IMG/VR virus record: IMGVR_UViG_2910903598_000004
Coordinates: 55,964-119,963 of that record
Strand: one strand, 5' to 3'
DNA from: a virus
Lineage: Duplodnaviria; Caudoviricetes
DNA: 64,000 nucleotides
A model generated the notes under the pieces. That model saw only the letters and a list, made by a program, of their open reading frames with translations, was not told the DNA's origin and searched no databases. The position numbers were made by a program, and so were the translations under genes. Below, piece after piece: positions 50,277 to 58,269 of the stretch (positions are counted from its first letter, which is position 1; every line of letters starts with the position of its first letter).

Positions 50277-50467
50277 ACATTCCTCTTTTCTTATGATATT
50301 TTATATTGTTTGCTTTTTGCGATCTTGCAAATCTCGTAACGACGAGCGGTTTCAATATATTTTTACTTCTACTTTTCCTATTTTGATAAAATTATTGAAG
50401 TTATTGTAATATTTTGATACATTTTTTGTCATAAACATTAACGTTTATAAGAGATATCCGAATTAAC

Positions 50468-52798
50468 TTATCTTGCAAATTCTTTGGCAAATTTCTTCGC
50501 TCTTGTTTCAGTCAACTCATGATAATGATGTTCTAATCTCCATCTTGATACATCTACCTGCCAGTTTTCATATAAGTCCATATGCAGTCTTAATAATGCT
50601 GCTTCTGTCTTTTCTCTTTCTTCTAAAAATTCAAGTGCTTTATTCAAATAAGGAATAATATCTGCAAACTGAATCTTCGTACCTCCAATATATACATTTC
50701 CAACCTTTTTGGTTCGAATCACGTATCGGATTAAGACACTGTTTAAATATGTCATATCAAGGTATTCTCCCTCCCTAATTTCCATATTGGCAGTAGAATT
50801 TACCGTATATTTTTTACGTTCAGAAATAAAATACTGATATTCTGTAGCACTATTTGCGACATGATCCAAAGATTGATGATATCCTTTCATAGAATCACTT
50901 CGGGAATCATAATATGTCTCATCTTTTGTCTCAAATCTATAGTTTTTGGGTAGAAATTTTTTTAATGCTTCTGTATCTGATGCAGCATTTTCTCTCTCCA
51001 TTACCTGTTTTATTGTTGGATCATGCTCATCATCTAATGTGAATCCAATAAGTCGATTATTTAATACTCGAATTTCTTTTTTTTCTAATTCCATTTCATC
51101 CCATAAACAGGTAGACTTTTTGATAACATGCCCTATGTTTGTAATATTCGGTCTAATTGGCGTTTCAATGGTTTCAAACTCGATATCAAGAGGATATTTT
51201 CTCATAAATACATCATAATATTCGGTTTTATCCACTTTATTTATCTTATAAAATTTGAAATCTTTCAATGATACATCACGAGTACGATTAGCTTCTCCAC
51301 GTCCACGATTATTGTTCCAGACACCACCTCTCCATCCATATCCATAGCCGTTATCATCTCTTGTAATCCTCATTAAAGTTAAAATGGTATCTCCCTTTTT
51401 CATAACTTCATGATTTGTTCTTTTTAGGATATCTTCTAGTGTTCCGAACCGATCATCTTCTAACCATCCATCTGCCATACTATAGATCACATAAGGATTT
51501 GACTTCATAATAGAACCTATCTTTGGAAGCTTTAAGATTTTTCCTTGATCGACTATTCCCTGCAATATCGCAAAAATAAAGTATCTTCCGGCGATCTCTT
51601 CTTTTTGGGAATTGTGAATGTTTTTTTCGTCTTCATTTGCAATTTCTTTCGTTTCTGGCTTCAAAAACATATTTTCATCTTTCACCTGGACTTTATCATC
51701 ATCTGTCCATCCAATATAAAGATTCTCACCATCCCTGATTAAAATTGCTATTGTGTTTCCGTGAAGTAATTCATATTCTGATAACATGTTATTTCGGATA
51801 TCGGACTGGCAGCGGATTGTTCCATCCTTGCTGATTTTTACTAAAGAAATAGATTTAGGACCTGGTGCAAACATATTCATAAAATCATCTCGAACTTTTA
51901 ATAATTCCTCAAATGTATGTTTACTATATTTTGATCCATCCAAATCATAAATTGCTGCATATCTTCCCAATTCTTCGTTCAAAAATCGGATTTTTTGATA
52001 TAGGACAACAGAATCTTCAACATCCGCATGTTTTCCTTTTCTTAGTGGCACAAAAGTTACAGTTTCTCCCCAATAGCAACGAATGGCATATAACTCTGTA
52101 TCATATATAAATAATTGTCCTTCCAACTCTGCTTTTTTTGATTCTAATTCTTCTTTCTTCTTATTTATTAATGAGATGGTATCTGCATATTTTGCTTCAA
52201 TTTCCTGTTTCATTCGCTCAATCTCTGCTGCTTTTTCTTTTTGCAGATTTTTAAGTTCATCCTGTTTATTTTGAATCTCTTGTTTTTTTGTATCAATGAT
52301 TGATGTAAGATCGTTTCTACATAAATCTTCATTTTGAAAGATTGCCGGCAGCGTTGTTTGAGCTGTTCCTCCCTTGCCTGCTTTTAAAGATATTAAGGAC
52401 TGATCATCTAAGTTTTTAAATAATGTTGAAGTAATATAGTCTTTTGGAGTGACAAAACAGAATGAGCCATAATGAAGGACTGCTAAAATATCGTCTTGAT
52501 ATAAAAGATTCCATGGCAATTTCATCTGGTCTAAATAATTCTGAATTTTAACAATTTCTCCATTTACGTCTACTAACGGTTCATGTGTGTATCGACCCGC
52601 ACATCCCATAGAATATCCTTTATTCAAATATTCTTTGATTTCGTTGTTTATTTCTTTTGACTGATTATTTTTTCCCCAATAATCTTTGTCATATAACTGA
52701 TCAATCCAACAATTTCCTTTTGTTTCTTGTAATCTAAAATTTATGAAACCTACAATATCAAAAATTGCGGTGCCAATTTTTTTTAATCTTCTGCTCAT
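50468..52798 (-). CDS. Large hypothetical protein with coiled-coil segment
   Basis: 776-aa ORF with GGAGG RBS. Confidence 0.75.
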   Translation of the reverse strand: MSRRLKKIGTAIFDIVGFINFRLQETKGNCWIDQLYDKDYWGKNNQSKEINNEIKEYLNKGYSMGCAGRYTHEPLVDVNGEIVKIQNYLDQMKLPWNLLYQDDILAVLHYGSFCFVTPKDYITSTLFKNLDDQSLISLKAGKGGTAQTTLPAIFQNEDLCRNDLTSIIDTKKQEIQNKQDELKNLQKEKAAEIERMKQEIEAKYADTISLINKKKEELESKKAELEGQLFIYDTELYAIRCYWGETVTFVPLRKGKHADVEDSVVLYQKIRFLNEELGRYAAIYDLDGSKYSKHTFEELLKVRDDFMNMFAPGPKSISLVKISKDGTIRCQSDIRNNMLSEYELLHGNTIAILIRDGENLYIGWTDDDKVQVKDENMFLKPETKEIANEDEKNIHNSQKEEIAGRYFIFAILQGIVDQGKILKLPKIGSIMKSNPYVIYSMADGWLEDDRFGTLEDILKRTNHEVMKKGDTILTLMRITRDDNGYGYGWRGGVWNNNRGRGEANRTRDVSLKDFKFYKINKVDKTEYYDVFMRKYPLDIEFETIETPIRPNITNIGHVIKKSTCLWDEMELEKKEIRVLNNRLIGFTLDDEHDPTIKQVMERENAASDTEALKKFLPKNYRFETKDETYYDSRSDSMKGYHQSLDHVANSATEYQYFISERKKYTVNSTANMEIREGEYLDMTYLNSVLIRYVIRTKKVGNVYIGGTKIQFADIIPYLNKALEFLEEREKTEAALLRLHMDLYENWQVDVSRWRLEHHYHELTETRAKKFAKEFAR

Positions 52799-52826
52799 CT
52801 TATTGTCCTCCTATTCCTTTGTTTTT

Positions 52827-52893
52827 TCTGTTTCATAACAGATTCATCTATATGAATATATTCGGCAAAATCTTATTTTTACTTAATCTGTAA
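52827..52893 (-). ncRNA. Orphan tracrRNA-like scaffold G (no adjacent repeat)
   Basis: TTACAGATT-AAG-TAAAAAT-AAGA-TTTTG-CCG, hairpins TTCAT-ATAG-ATGAA and TCTGTT-ATGA-AACAGA. Confidence 0.65.
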
Positions 52894-53080
52894 CCTATAA
52901 AATGTATTCCACTTTCTATTTTTCCTTATTTTTACTTTATATCTCTTTTTCGTGATATTTTATCTCCTTTTCTAAATATTATGTCTTATTTAGAAGATAT
53001 TTTGTTTTGGACTACAATTTATCCAAAAACAAAAATTTCAGAAATATCAAATTGATGTAAAACCATATCTTTATCAATTT

Positions 53081-53145
53081 TCTGCCACATAGCAGATTTC
53101 GCTATAGCGATTCTTTTCGATGTTTTCTTATTTTTACAAACTGCC
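53081..53145 (-). ncRNA. tracrRNA-like scaffold B
   Basis: GGCAGTTT-G-TAAAAAT-AAGA-AAACA-TCG, hairpins TCGC-TATA-GCGA and TCTGCT-ATGT-GGCAGA. Confidence 0.8.
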
Positions 53146-53158
53146 AAAATATTTTGGT

Positions 53159-53302
53159 CCTTTGGAATCCACATATTTAACACAGCTCTAAAACTGTACA
53201 GTAGTACTTGTATTGGAATCCGTTCCTTTGGAATCCACATATTTAACACTGCTCTAAAACCTCTTATCTATACGTAGTACGGCAGTTTATCCTTTGGAAT
53301 CC
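53159..53302 (-). CRISPR. Type II-like mini-array B (2 full + 1 partial repeat, two 30-nt spacers)
   Basis: Repeats 53159-53194 and 53225-53260 GTTTTAGAGC(T/A)GTGTTAAATATGTGGATTCCAAAGG; spacers 53195-53224 and 53261-53290; first 10-11 nt identical to the S. pyogenes II-A repeat start GTTTTAGAGCT. Confidence 0.9.
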
Positions 53303-53320
53303 GTAATAAACACAAACCAT

Positions 53321-53935
53321 TTATCTGTATTCCGAAAAATGTATTTGCAAGTATTCCAAAATCCGATAAACTTGAAATAAACGTTCTGGATCATTCTTAT
53401 ATCTTTCCTTGATACTCTCATATCTTTTTTGATATCCGATATAGTCTCCATCATGATTCACGCATAGATCTGCAAGCCATAAAAGTGCTTGCTTTCTACT
53501 TGGGTTCTCTATAAATCTTCCATGACAACTAATTAATTCGCAAATTTCTGCATTAAGTCCATTTCTCTTCAAGATTTCTGCACCTAATCTTCCGTGATCC
53601 GTACCTTTGGGATTGTCGATATATCCTATATCATGTAATAAGCCAGTCAAATAAAGATCTTCTGTCTCTTCCTTACTCCAGTCATGAGATTTCGCATAGG
53701 CAAATAAGAAATTTGCAACTCCCATACTATGCCTAATTCTGGATTCTTTTAAACACCCTTCTGCTGCTCCGTACTTTGCTACAAGGATATTTTTCATATG
53801 ATTACAAAATGCTGCGTTTTCCCCAGTACATTCATATTTCCTATTACATTCTTTACATGAATCCTTTATAAAATCACATGCTTCTGATTTATCTGAAATG
53901 GTTATTTCCCTCATATCTGGTGTTGTAAATTGCAT
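53321..53935 (-). CDS. HD-domain phosphohydrolase with N-terminal Cys-rich segment
   Basis: RHSMGVA...GLLHDIG...DHGRLGA...CHG...LADL. Confidence 0.85.
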   Translation of the reverse strand: MQFTTPDMREITISDKSEACDFIKDSCKECNRKYECTGENAAFCNHMKNILVAKYGAAEGCLKESRIRHSMGVANFLFAYAKSHDWSKEETEDLYLTGLLHDIGYIDNPKGTDHGRLGAEILKRNGLNAEICELISCHGRFIENPSRKQALLWLADLCVNHDGDYIGYQKRYESIKERYKNDPERLFQVYRILEYLQIHFSEYR

Positions 53936-53966
53936 ATCTTCTTATCTCCTTTCATATATTTTAAAA

Positions 53967-54749
53967 TTACTTAATAATTAGATTGAACATCCAATTGATT
54001 ATTATTCCCAATATTCCAATCGTAAAATAGGGTAAAAATATTGAATTTCTTTTATTTGGGTTGAGATAAGTACAAAAAGATAAGAACCTATTTCTCTTTT
54101 TGGCTTCTTCTGGATACCAACTGCTGTCTGAAAACATCCAATCATACTGCCCTGGTCTTTTGTTACTTTCACCTATAATCTCTCCCTCTAGTGTTGATGT
54201 TCTTATTGGTAATGAATGTATGACTTCTTGTCCTTTGTAATCTTTATATTTGCTTTCTGTACCTACATTAGCAAATATTTTATTGCTGCATTCTTCATAA
54301 ATAAGCTTTTTTATTTCTTCAACATCTTTATCGTTATATGTTTTTTCTATTACCGGTTTTGTAAGAGTAATTTTTGCTTTTATTTTTCCATGATCAGTCT
54401 CATACGAAAACTCAAAAATTATATAATACGCAACCGTAGTCTTTACAAATTTGTCTGGGAAACATTTTTGATATTCTTTTTCAGATAATAACAAACGTTC
54501 ATCTTCAAAATCGTAGCTACGATCATATACATATTTAATTTCTCCCATTTCTGTATACTTTTTAATATTATTTCTTACAATTTCAAACTTTTTATAACTT
54601 ACATTCGTAAGTTCTATCTTTTGAATATCTATAGTTTTTCCATAAAAATTTCTGTCTGTTTCTAGCTTCTTTCGTAAACCGCTTATTACAATAGTGACTA
54701 TATAGGGGATTGTATAAATAATTCCAATTATAATATAATACTTAACCAT
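53967..54749 (-). CDS. Membrane protein, ExDRNFY paralog family (4 of 5)
   Basis: TM-SGLRKKLETDRNFYGK...PGQYDWMF...NRFLSFC...TM. Confidence 0.75.
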   Translation of the reverse strand: MVKYYIIIGIIYTIPYIVTIVISGLRKKLETDRNFYGKTIDIQKIELTNVSYKKFEIVRNNIKKYTEMGEIKYVYDRSYDFEDERLLLSEKEYQKCFPDKFVKTTVAYYIIFEFSYETDHGKIKAKITLTKPVIEKTYNDKDVEEIKKLIYEECSNKIFANVGTESKYKDYKGQEVIHSLPIRTSTLEGEIIGESNKRPGQYDWMFSDSSWYPEEAKKRNRFLSFCTYLNPNKRNSIFLPYFTIGILGIIINWMFNLIIK

Positions 54750-54769
54750 CGAATTTCTCCTTTCATAAT

Positions 54770-54837
54770 CTGCTGCACCTAGCAGCTCTCGCTTTTGCGA
54801 GCAGTATCGATAAAATTCTTATTTTTACACAGTCTGT
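54770..54837 (-). ncRNA. tracrRNA-like scaffold C
   Basis: ACAGACT-GTG-TAAAAAT-AAGA-ATTTTA-TCG, hairpins CTCGC-AAAA-GCGAG and CTGCT-AGGTGC-AGCAG; ends just before the RBS of 53967..54749. Confidence 0.8.
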
Positions 54838-54849
54838 TTATTATTTGAC

Positions 54850-55057
54850 CATCGACAATGATTCTGTTTTATAGACTTCTAAAACTATGTTCGTAATATG
54901 CAACAAATGGCTAATCATCGACAATGATTCTGTTTTACAGACTTCTAAAACCCAATCAAACGATCATCGTCATCTAACAATCATTTACAACGATATTTTT
55001 TACAGGCTTTTAAAACAATAGATGTATTTATTGTACCGTTATATTAACAATGATTCT
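54850..55057 (-). CRISPR. Type II-like mini-array C (2 good, 1 degenerate, 1 partial repeat; 3 spacers)
   Basis: Repeats 54850-54885 and 54916-54951 GTTTTAGAAGTCT(A/G)TAAAACAGAATCATTGTCGATG; degenerate 54982-55016; spacers 54886-54915, 54952-54981 (30 nt), 55017-55041. Confidence 0.9.
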
Positions 55058-55075
55058 TTCAACTCTTCTTGCAAT

Positions 55076-56074
55076 TTACCTCATAATCATTGATGCAAAT
55101 CTCATAAATGCTTTTGCAATAAAATATATTGTAAATAGCATAGAAACACTTGAAATTAATACATCCCCACTAAATATTTTTCCAATAATATATTTCATCG
55201 TCACTGATAAATAAATTACAATAATCAAACAAAGGCAAGCTGCTATCATATAAAGTAAAATAAATTTCATGTCCATCGTTAACATAGAATTTTGATTAAC
55301 GATCATTTCTGTAATCAATCGAATAGTGAAAATAAGACCTATTGTAAAATACAATGTAAAAATATTGTCTGCTCTACGCATATCGAGTCTGGAACAAAAT
55401 GATAAAAACCTATTCTTTTTTCTTTGCGTTTGTGGATACCAACTTTCATCATAGAAAAGGTAATCCCATTTTCCAGATTCTTTATTACTCTCTCCTGTGA
55501 TCGTTCCATGCATTGTTTTTGTATCAATATCAATGTTATGTACAACTATTTGACCTTTACAATCTTTGTATTCAAAATGACTTCCAGGCACTTTAACAAA
55601 CACCTGTTTCTCGCATCTCTTAGCAATTAGTTTCTTGTATTGTTCTATATCTTTCGGATTATAATATCTTTCTATTGTAGGTTTATAAGATTCGATGGTT
55701 GCTTTCATTGATCCATTAGTTGACTGATAAGAAAAAATAAACTCTGGATAATATGCTGTAATTGATTCAACCGTTGATTCTAAAAAATATCTATCGTATT
55801 CCTGTTTTGATATAGCATATACAACATCTTGACTCTTTCCTTTTTTGTAGAAATATTGAAGCTCTCCATCTTTGTTACATTCACTAAAATCAGAAACTTT
55901 CATATCAATTGGTTTATATCTGACTTTTACTAATTCAATATCTTTAGGAGAAATCTCCTTTCCATAAAAATTTCGATCCGATTCTAATTTCTTTCGTAAA
56001 CCGGAAATTACAAATGAAATTAAAATAGGAATACACCATAATATGCTGACAATAATTAAAATTAAATCTTTCAT
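55076..56074 (-). CDS. Membrane protein, ExDRNFY paralog family (5 of 5)
   Basis: TM-SGLRKKLESDRNFYGK...SGKWDYLF...NRFLSFC...3 TMs. Confidence 0.75.
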   Translation of the reverse strand: MKDLILIIVSILWCIPILISFVISGLRKKLESDRNFYGKEISPKDIELVKVRYKPIDMKVSDFSECNKDGELQYFYKKGKSQDVVYAISKQEYDRYFLESTVESITAYYPEFIFSYQSTNGSMKATIESYKPTIERYYNPKDIEQYKKLIAKRCEKQVFVKVPGSHFEYKDCKGQIVVHNIDIDTKTMHGTITGESNKESGKWDYLFYDESWYPQTQRKKNRFLSFCSRLDMRRADNIFTLYFTIGLIFTIRLITEMIVNQNSMLTMDMKFILLYMIAACLCLIIVIYLSVTMKYIIGKIFSGDVLISSVSMLFTIYFIAKAFMRFASMIMR

Positions 56075-56083
56075 AATACCCCT

Positions 56084-56262
56084 CTAATCTCTTTCTGATG
56101 GCCAATAATTTTCGGAAATTCTAGGAATCCAATCCTCTTTAACTGCCTTGATCATTCCTTTAGGAATGCCTCCGGTGTTACTTTAAGCATCTCCGCTAGT
56201 TGTTCTTTTGATAAAATTGCTTTTTTTTTATCTTTGTTAAAAATATTCGATAAATCTAACAT
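56084..56262 (-). pseudogene. Internally deleted paralog of the ATP-grasp-like gene at 5223-6686
   Basis: MLDLSNIFNKDKKKAILSKEQLAEMLKVTPEA joined out of frame to IPKGMIKAVKEDWIPRIS. Confidence 0.8.
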
Positions 56263-56291
56263 AGAACGCCCTCCTTTTCGCTGCCTTTCTT

Positions 56292-57074
56292 TTACCAGCA
56301 GATCGTATCGTTTATCAAAATTCCCTTATAGGTAATCTTCCATCCTAATTTTTTAAATATCTCCAAGGCTGCATCTGCTTTTTCCTTTAACTGTTTTGCT
56401 TCTTCTTGTTGTATATAAAACAATTCTGTATCTTTTTCTATTTTTCTTTTCCTTTCTTCTCCCGTCTCTATTGCTATCATTGTCTTTCTAAGTAAACCAT
56501 CATGAATGGAATGATAAACTTTGAAATACCTTTTTATATGAGTAATTAGATTTTTTGTGTGATAAGGTTTTTCATATAATAAATGAGCCAAATCAATAAA
56601 AGCCTTTAGATTCTTTTTATCAATAACCTTTTGGGTTAGCTCTTTTACTTTATAAAGTCGTTTTAAATAATCTTTTTCTGCATCAGCCATGAAAGGTTTT
56701 ATGATTCCATGATACCGAACAGTAATTCCCTGCCAATCTACAGGACTATGAAATTCAATACTGTATTTTCCTTTGGAATATATGACACATCCATGTGTAA
56801 TTTCCTTTGTTGTATTCTGAAACAATTCATTATCCTGATACATTTCATCAACAATGCATGAAAAAATATCAAGAATCTCTTTTATATTATGATCGTAAGA
56901 TTTTCCATAAATGGAAAGCAACATTTCTCGATCACCCATCAATGAGATCAGGCTTTCGAAACCCTTCGACAAATTGATTCTTTCCAATGTTCTGTCATAT
57001 TGATCAATAATTTTTTGTTTTCTTTTTTCTACATACTGATATAATTGATCTTTTGCTCTCATTGACGTTCCCAC
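56292..57074 (-). CDS. Hypothetical protein
   Basis: 260-aa ORF. Confidence 0.7.
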   Translation of the reverse strand: MGTSMRAKDQLYQYVEKRKQKIIDQYDRTLERINLSKGFESLISLMGDREMLLSIYGKSYDHNIKEILDIFSCIVDEMYQDNELFQNTTKEITHGCVIYSKGKYSIEFHSPVDWQGITVRYHGIIKPFMADAEKDYLKRLYKVKELTQKVIDKKNLKAFIDLAHLLYEKPYHTKNLITHIKRYFKVYHSIHDGLLRKTMIAIETGEERKRKIEKDTELFYIQQEEAKQLKEKADAALEIFKKLGWKITYKGILINDTICW

Positions 57075-57082
57075 TTTCTCTA

Positions 57083-57553
57083 TTAATCAAAAAATAAGCC
57101 ATATCCTAATTGTGCATTTAGCTCGCCATTCCAATATCCATTGATTGGTTCAATTTCCGATTCTATTAACTTATATGTGAAATCCTCTGGCATAGATAAC
57201 GCGATAAAATTCATAATAAGTTTTGCACAATCTTGAGTTTCATTTATATAATAATCACAACCAACTCGACGCCACTCAATATCTTTTAAACATCCTGCAT
57301 TATCTAAAATTTCAAATACTGTTCTGCACATAGATGATTCTTCATATGTTGTCCAAATCTGTCTACCATCTTTATAATCAAGACCTAAATCTGTATAGTT
57401 TCTGCCGTCATTAAAAGTAATCCCTAATTTTTTGCAGCTGTCTTTATATGCTTGTCTGATTTTGTGTACATCGTAATTACAATCAAATAAAAAGTCTTCT
57501 GACTGTTTATGCCCATCCTTTGACCAATCGCCTAATACTAACTTATAAACCAT
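57083..57553 (-). CDS. Hypothetical protein
   Basis: 156 aa with AAGGAG RBS; LGDWSKDGH N-terminus, GYGLF C-terminus. Confidence 0.7.
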   Translation of the reverse strand: MVYKLVLGDWSKDGHKQSEDFLFDCNYDVHKIRQAYKDSCKKLGITFNDGRNYTDLGLDYKDGRQIWTTYEESSMCRTVFEILDNAGCLKDIEWRRVGCDYYINETQDCAKLIMNFIALSMPEDFTYKLIESEIEPINGYWNGELNAQLGYGLFFD

Positions 57554-57690
57554 CTTAATCTCCTTTTCTTTGTTATCTAATCTATTATTTTGATATTCGT
57601 CTGGAAAAGCTAATCAATAGAAAATATAAAAAACATAAAACGAGAATGATAATAAATTGATTGTTATTTGATCAGCTGATCCAGATTTTT

Positions 57691-57757
57691 ACTGTCCCTG
57701 ACAGTTCCTACTTTAGTAGGCACATTCGATAAACTCTTATTTCAACACACCATGTAA
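57691..57757 (-). ncRNA. tracrRNA-like scaffold D
   Basis: TTACATGGT-GTG-TTGAAAT-AAGA-GTTTA-TCG, hairpins CCTAC-TAAA-GTAGG and ACTGTC-AGG-GACAGT. Confidence 0.8.
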
Positions 57758-57767
57758 TCTTTTTGAC

Positions 57768-57855
57768 CATTCGGAATCACCCAATTTTACATGGTTACAA
57801 AACGAATGCTGTGTGTACATATAATGGGAATAACATTTGAAATTGTCCAATTTTA
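57768..57855 (-). CRISPR. Type II-like mini-array D (1 full + 1 partial repeat, one 30-nt spacer)
   Basis: Repeat 57768-57803 GTTTTGTAACCATGTAAAATTGGGTGATTCCGAATG; spacer 57804-57833; degenerate repeat from 57834. Confidence 0.75.
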
Positions 57856-57947
57856 ACGTTATATAATTCTATCTTACATTCATAATTTATTGAAACCTCA
57901 CACAAATAAACTAACAAGTGTACGGTGTAAAATTCATTAACTTAATT

Positions 57948-58013
57948 TCTGCACCAGCAGATTTTGCCTTGAGCAAATCAACTCGATAATTTCTTATTTT
58001 TACGCACTATGTA
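57948..58013 (-). ncRNA. tracrRNA-like scaffold E
   Basis: TACATAGT-GCG-TAAAAAT-AAGA-AATTA-TCG, hairpins TTTGC-TCAAG-GCAAA and TCTGC-TGGT-GCAGA. Confidence 0.75.
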
Positions 58014-58022
58014 CCATTTAAC

Positions 58023-58142
58023 CCATTGAAATTATCTGTTTCTACATAGTTCTAAATACTGGATGTCAGGAACATATCATATTTCCTTTGGAATTATCTA
58101 ATTCTACACAACAGATCATTTAGTTAAACATAGTTTCAAAAC
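58023..58142 (-). CRISPR. Decayed type II-like mini-array E
   Basis: Repeat 58023-58059 GTATTTAGAACTATGTAGAAACAGATAATTTCAATGG (37 nt); 25-nt spacer; partial repeat 58085-58110; repeat 5' fragment GTTTTGAAACTATGT ending at 58142. Confidence 0.6.
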
Positions 58143-58220
58143 GGCATGGCTAACTGTATTGACAATGCATTATTTTTAATATTTTTCCTTTTTATCCTAA
58201 TTTTTACTTGGAATTATTTT

Positions 58221-58260
58221 AAAAAGACCCACCCACCATAAAAAATTCGATGGGTGGGAT
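58221..58260 (-). terminator. Terminator after secA
   Basis: CCCACCCA...TGGGTGGG stem followed by TCTTTTT. Confidence 0.7.
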
Positions 58261-58269
58261 AAAAATTGA

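Noticed and set aside
53019-53249. 76-aa minus-strand ORF containing MLNMWIPK...LNMWIPK
   Set aside because: It is a translation of CRISPR repeats and scaffold B, with no RBS
53281-53288. Spacer B2 contains 8 nt complementary to scaffold B anti-repeat; spacer B1 shares GGATTCCAA with the repeat
   Set aside because: Short matches that may be coincidental; no parallel in other cassettes
50468-53935. 776-aa protein or HD protein as the cognate Cas effector (Cas9, IscB, Cas3-HD)
   Set aside because: No RuvC, HNH or bridge-helix motifs visible in the 776-aa protein; the HD protein has no helicase or Cascade neighbours and the repeats are type II-like. A structure search would be needed to exclude them fully
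57869-57896. Sequence ending ATTGAAAC between cassettes D and E, like a class 1 repeat end
   Set aside because: Single copy, AT-rich, no second repeat; insufficient support
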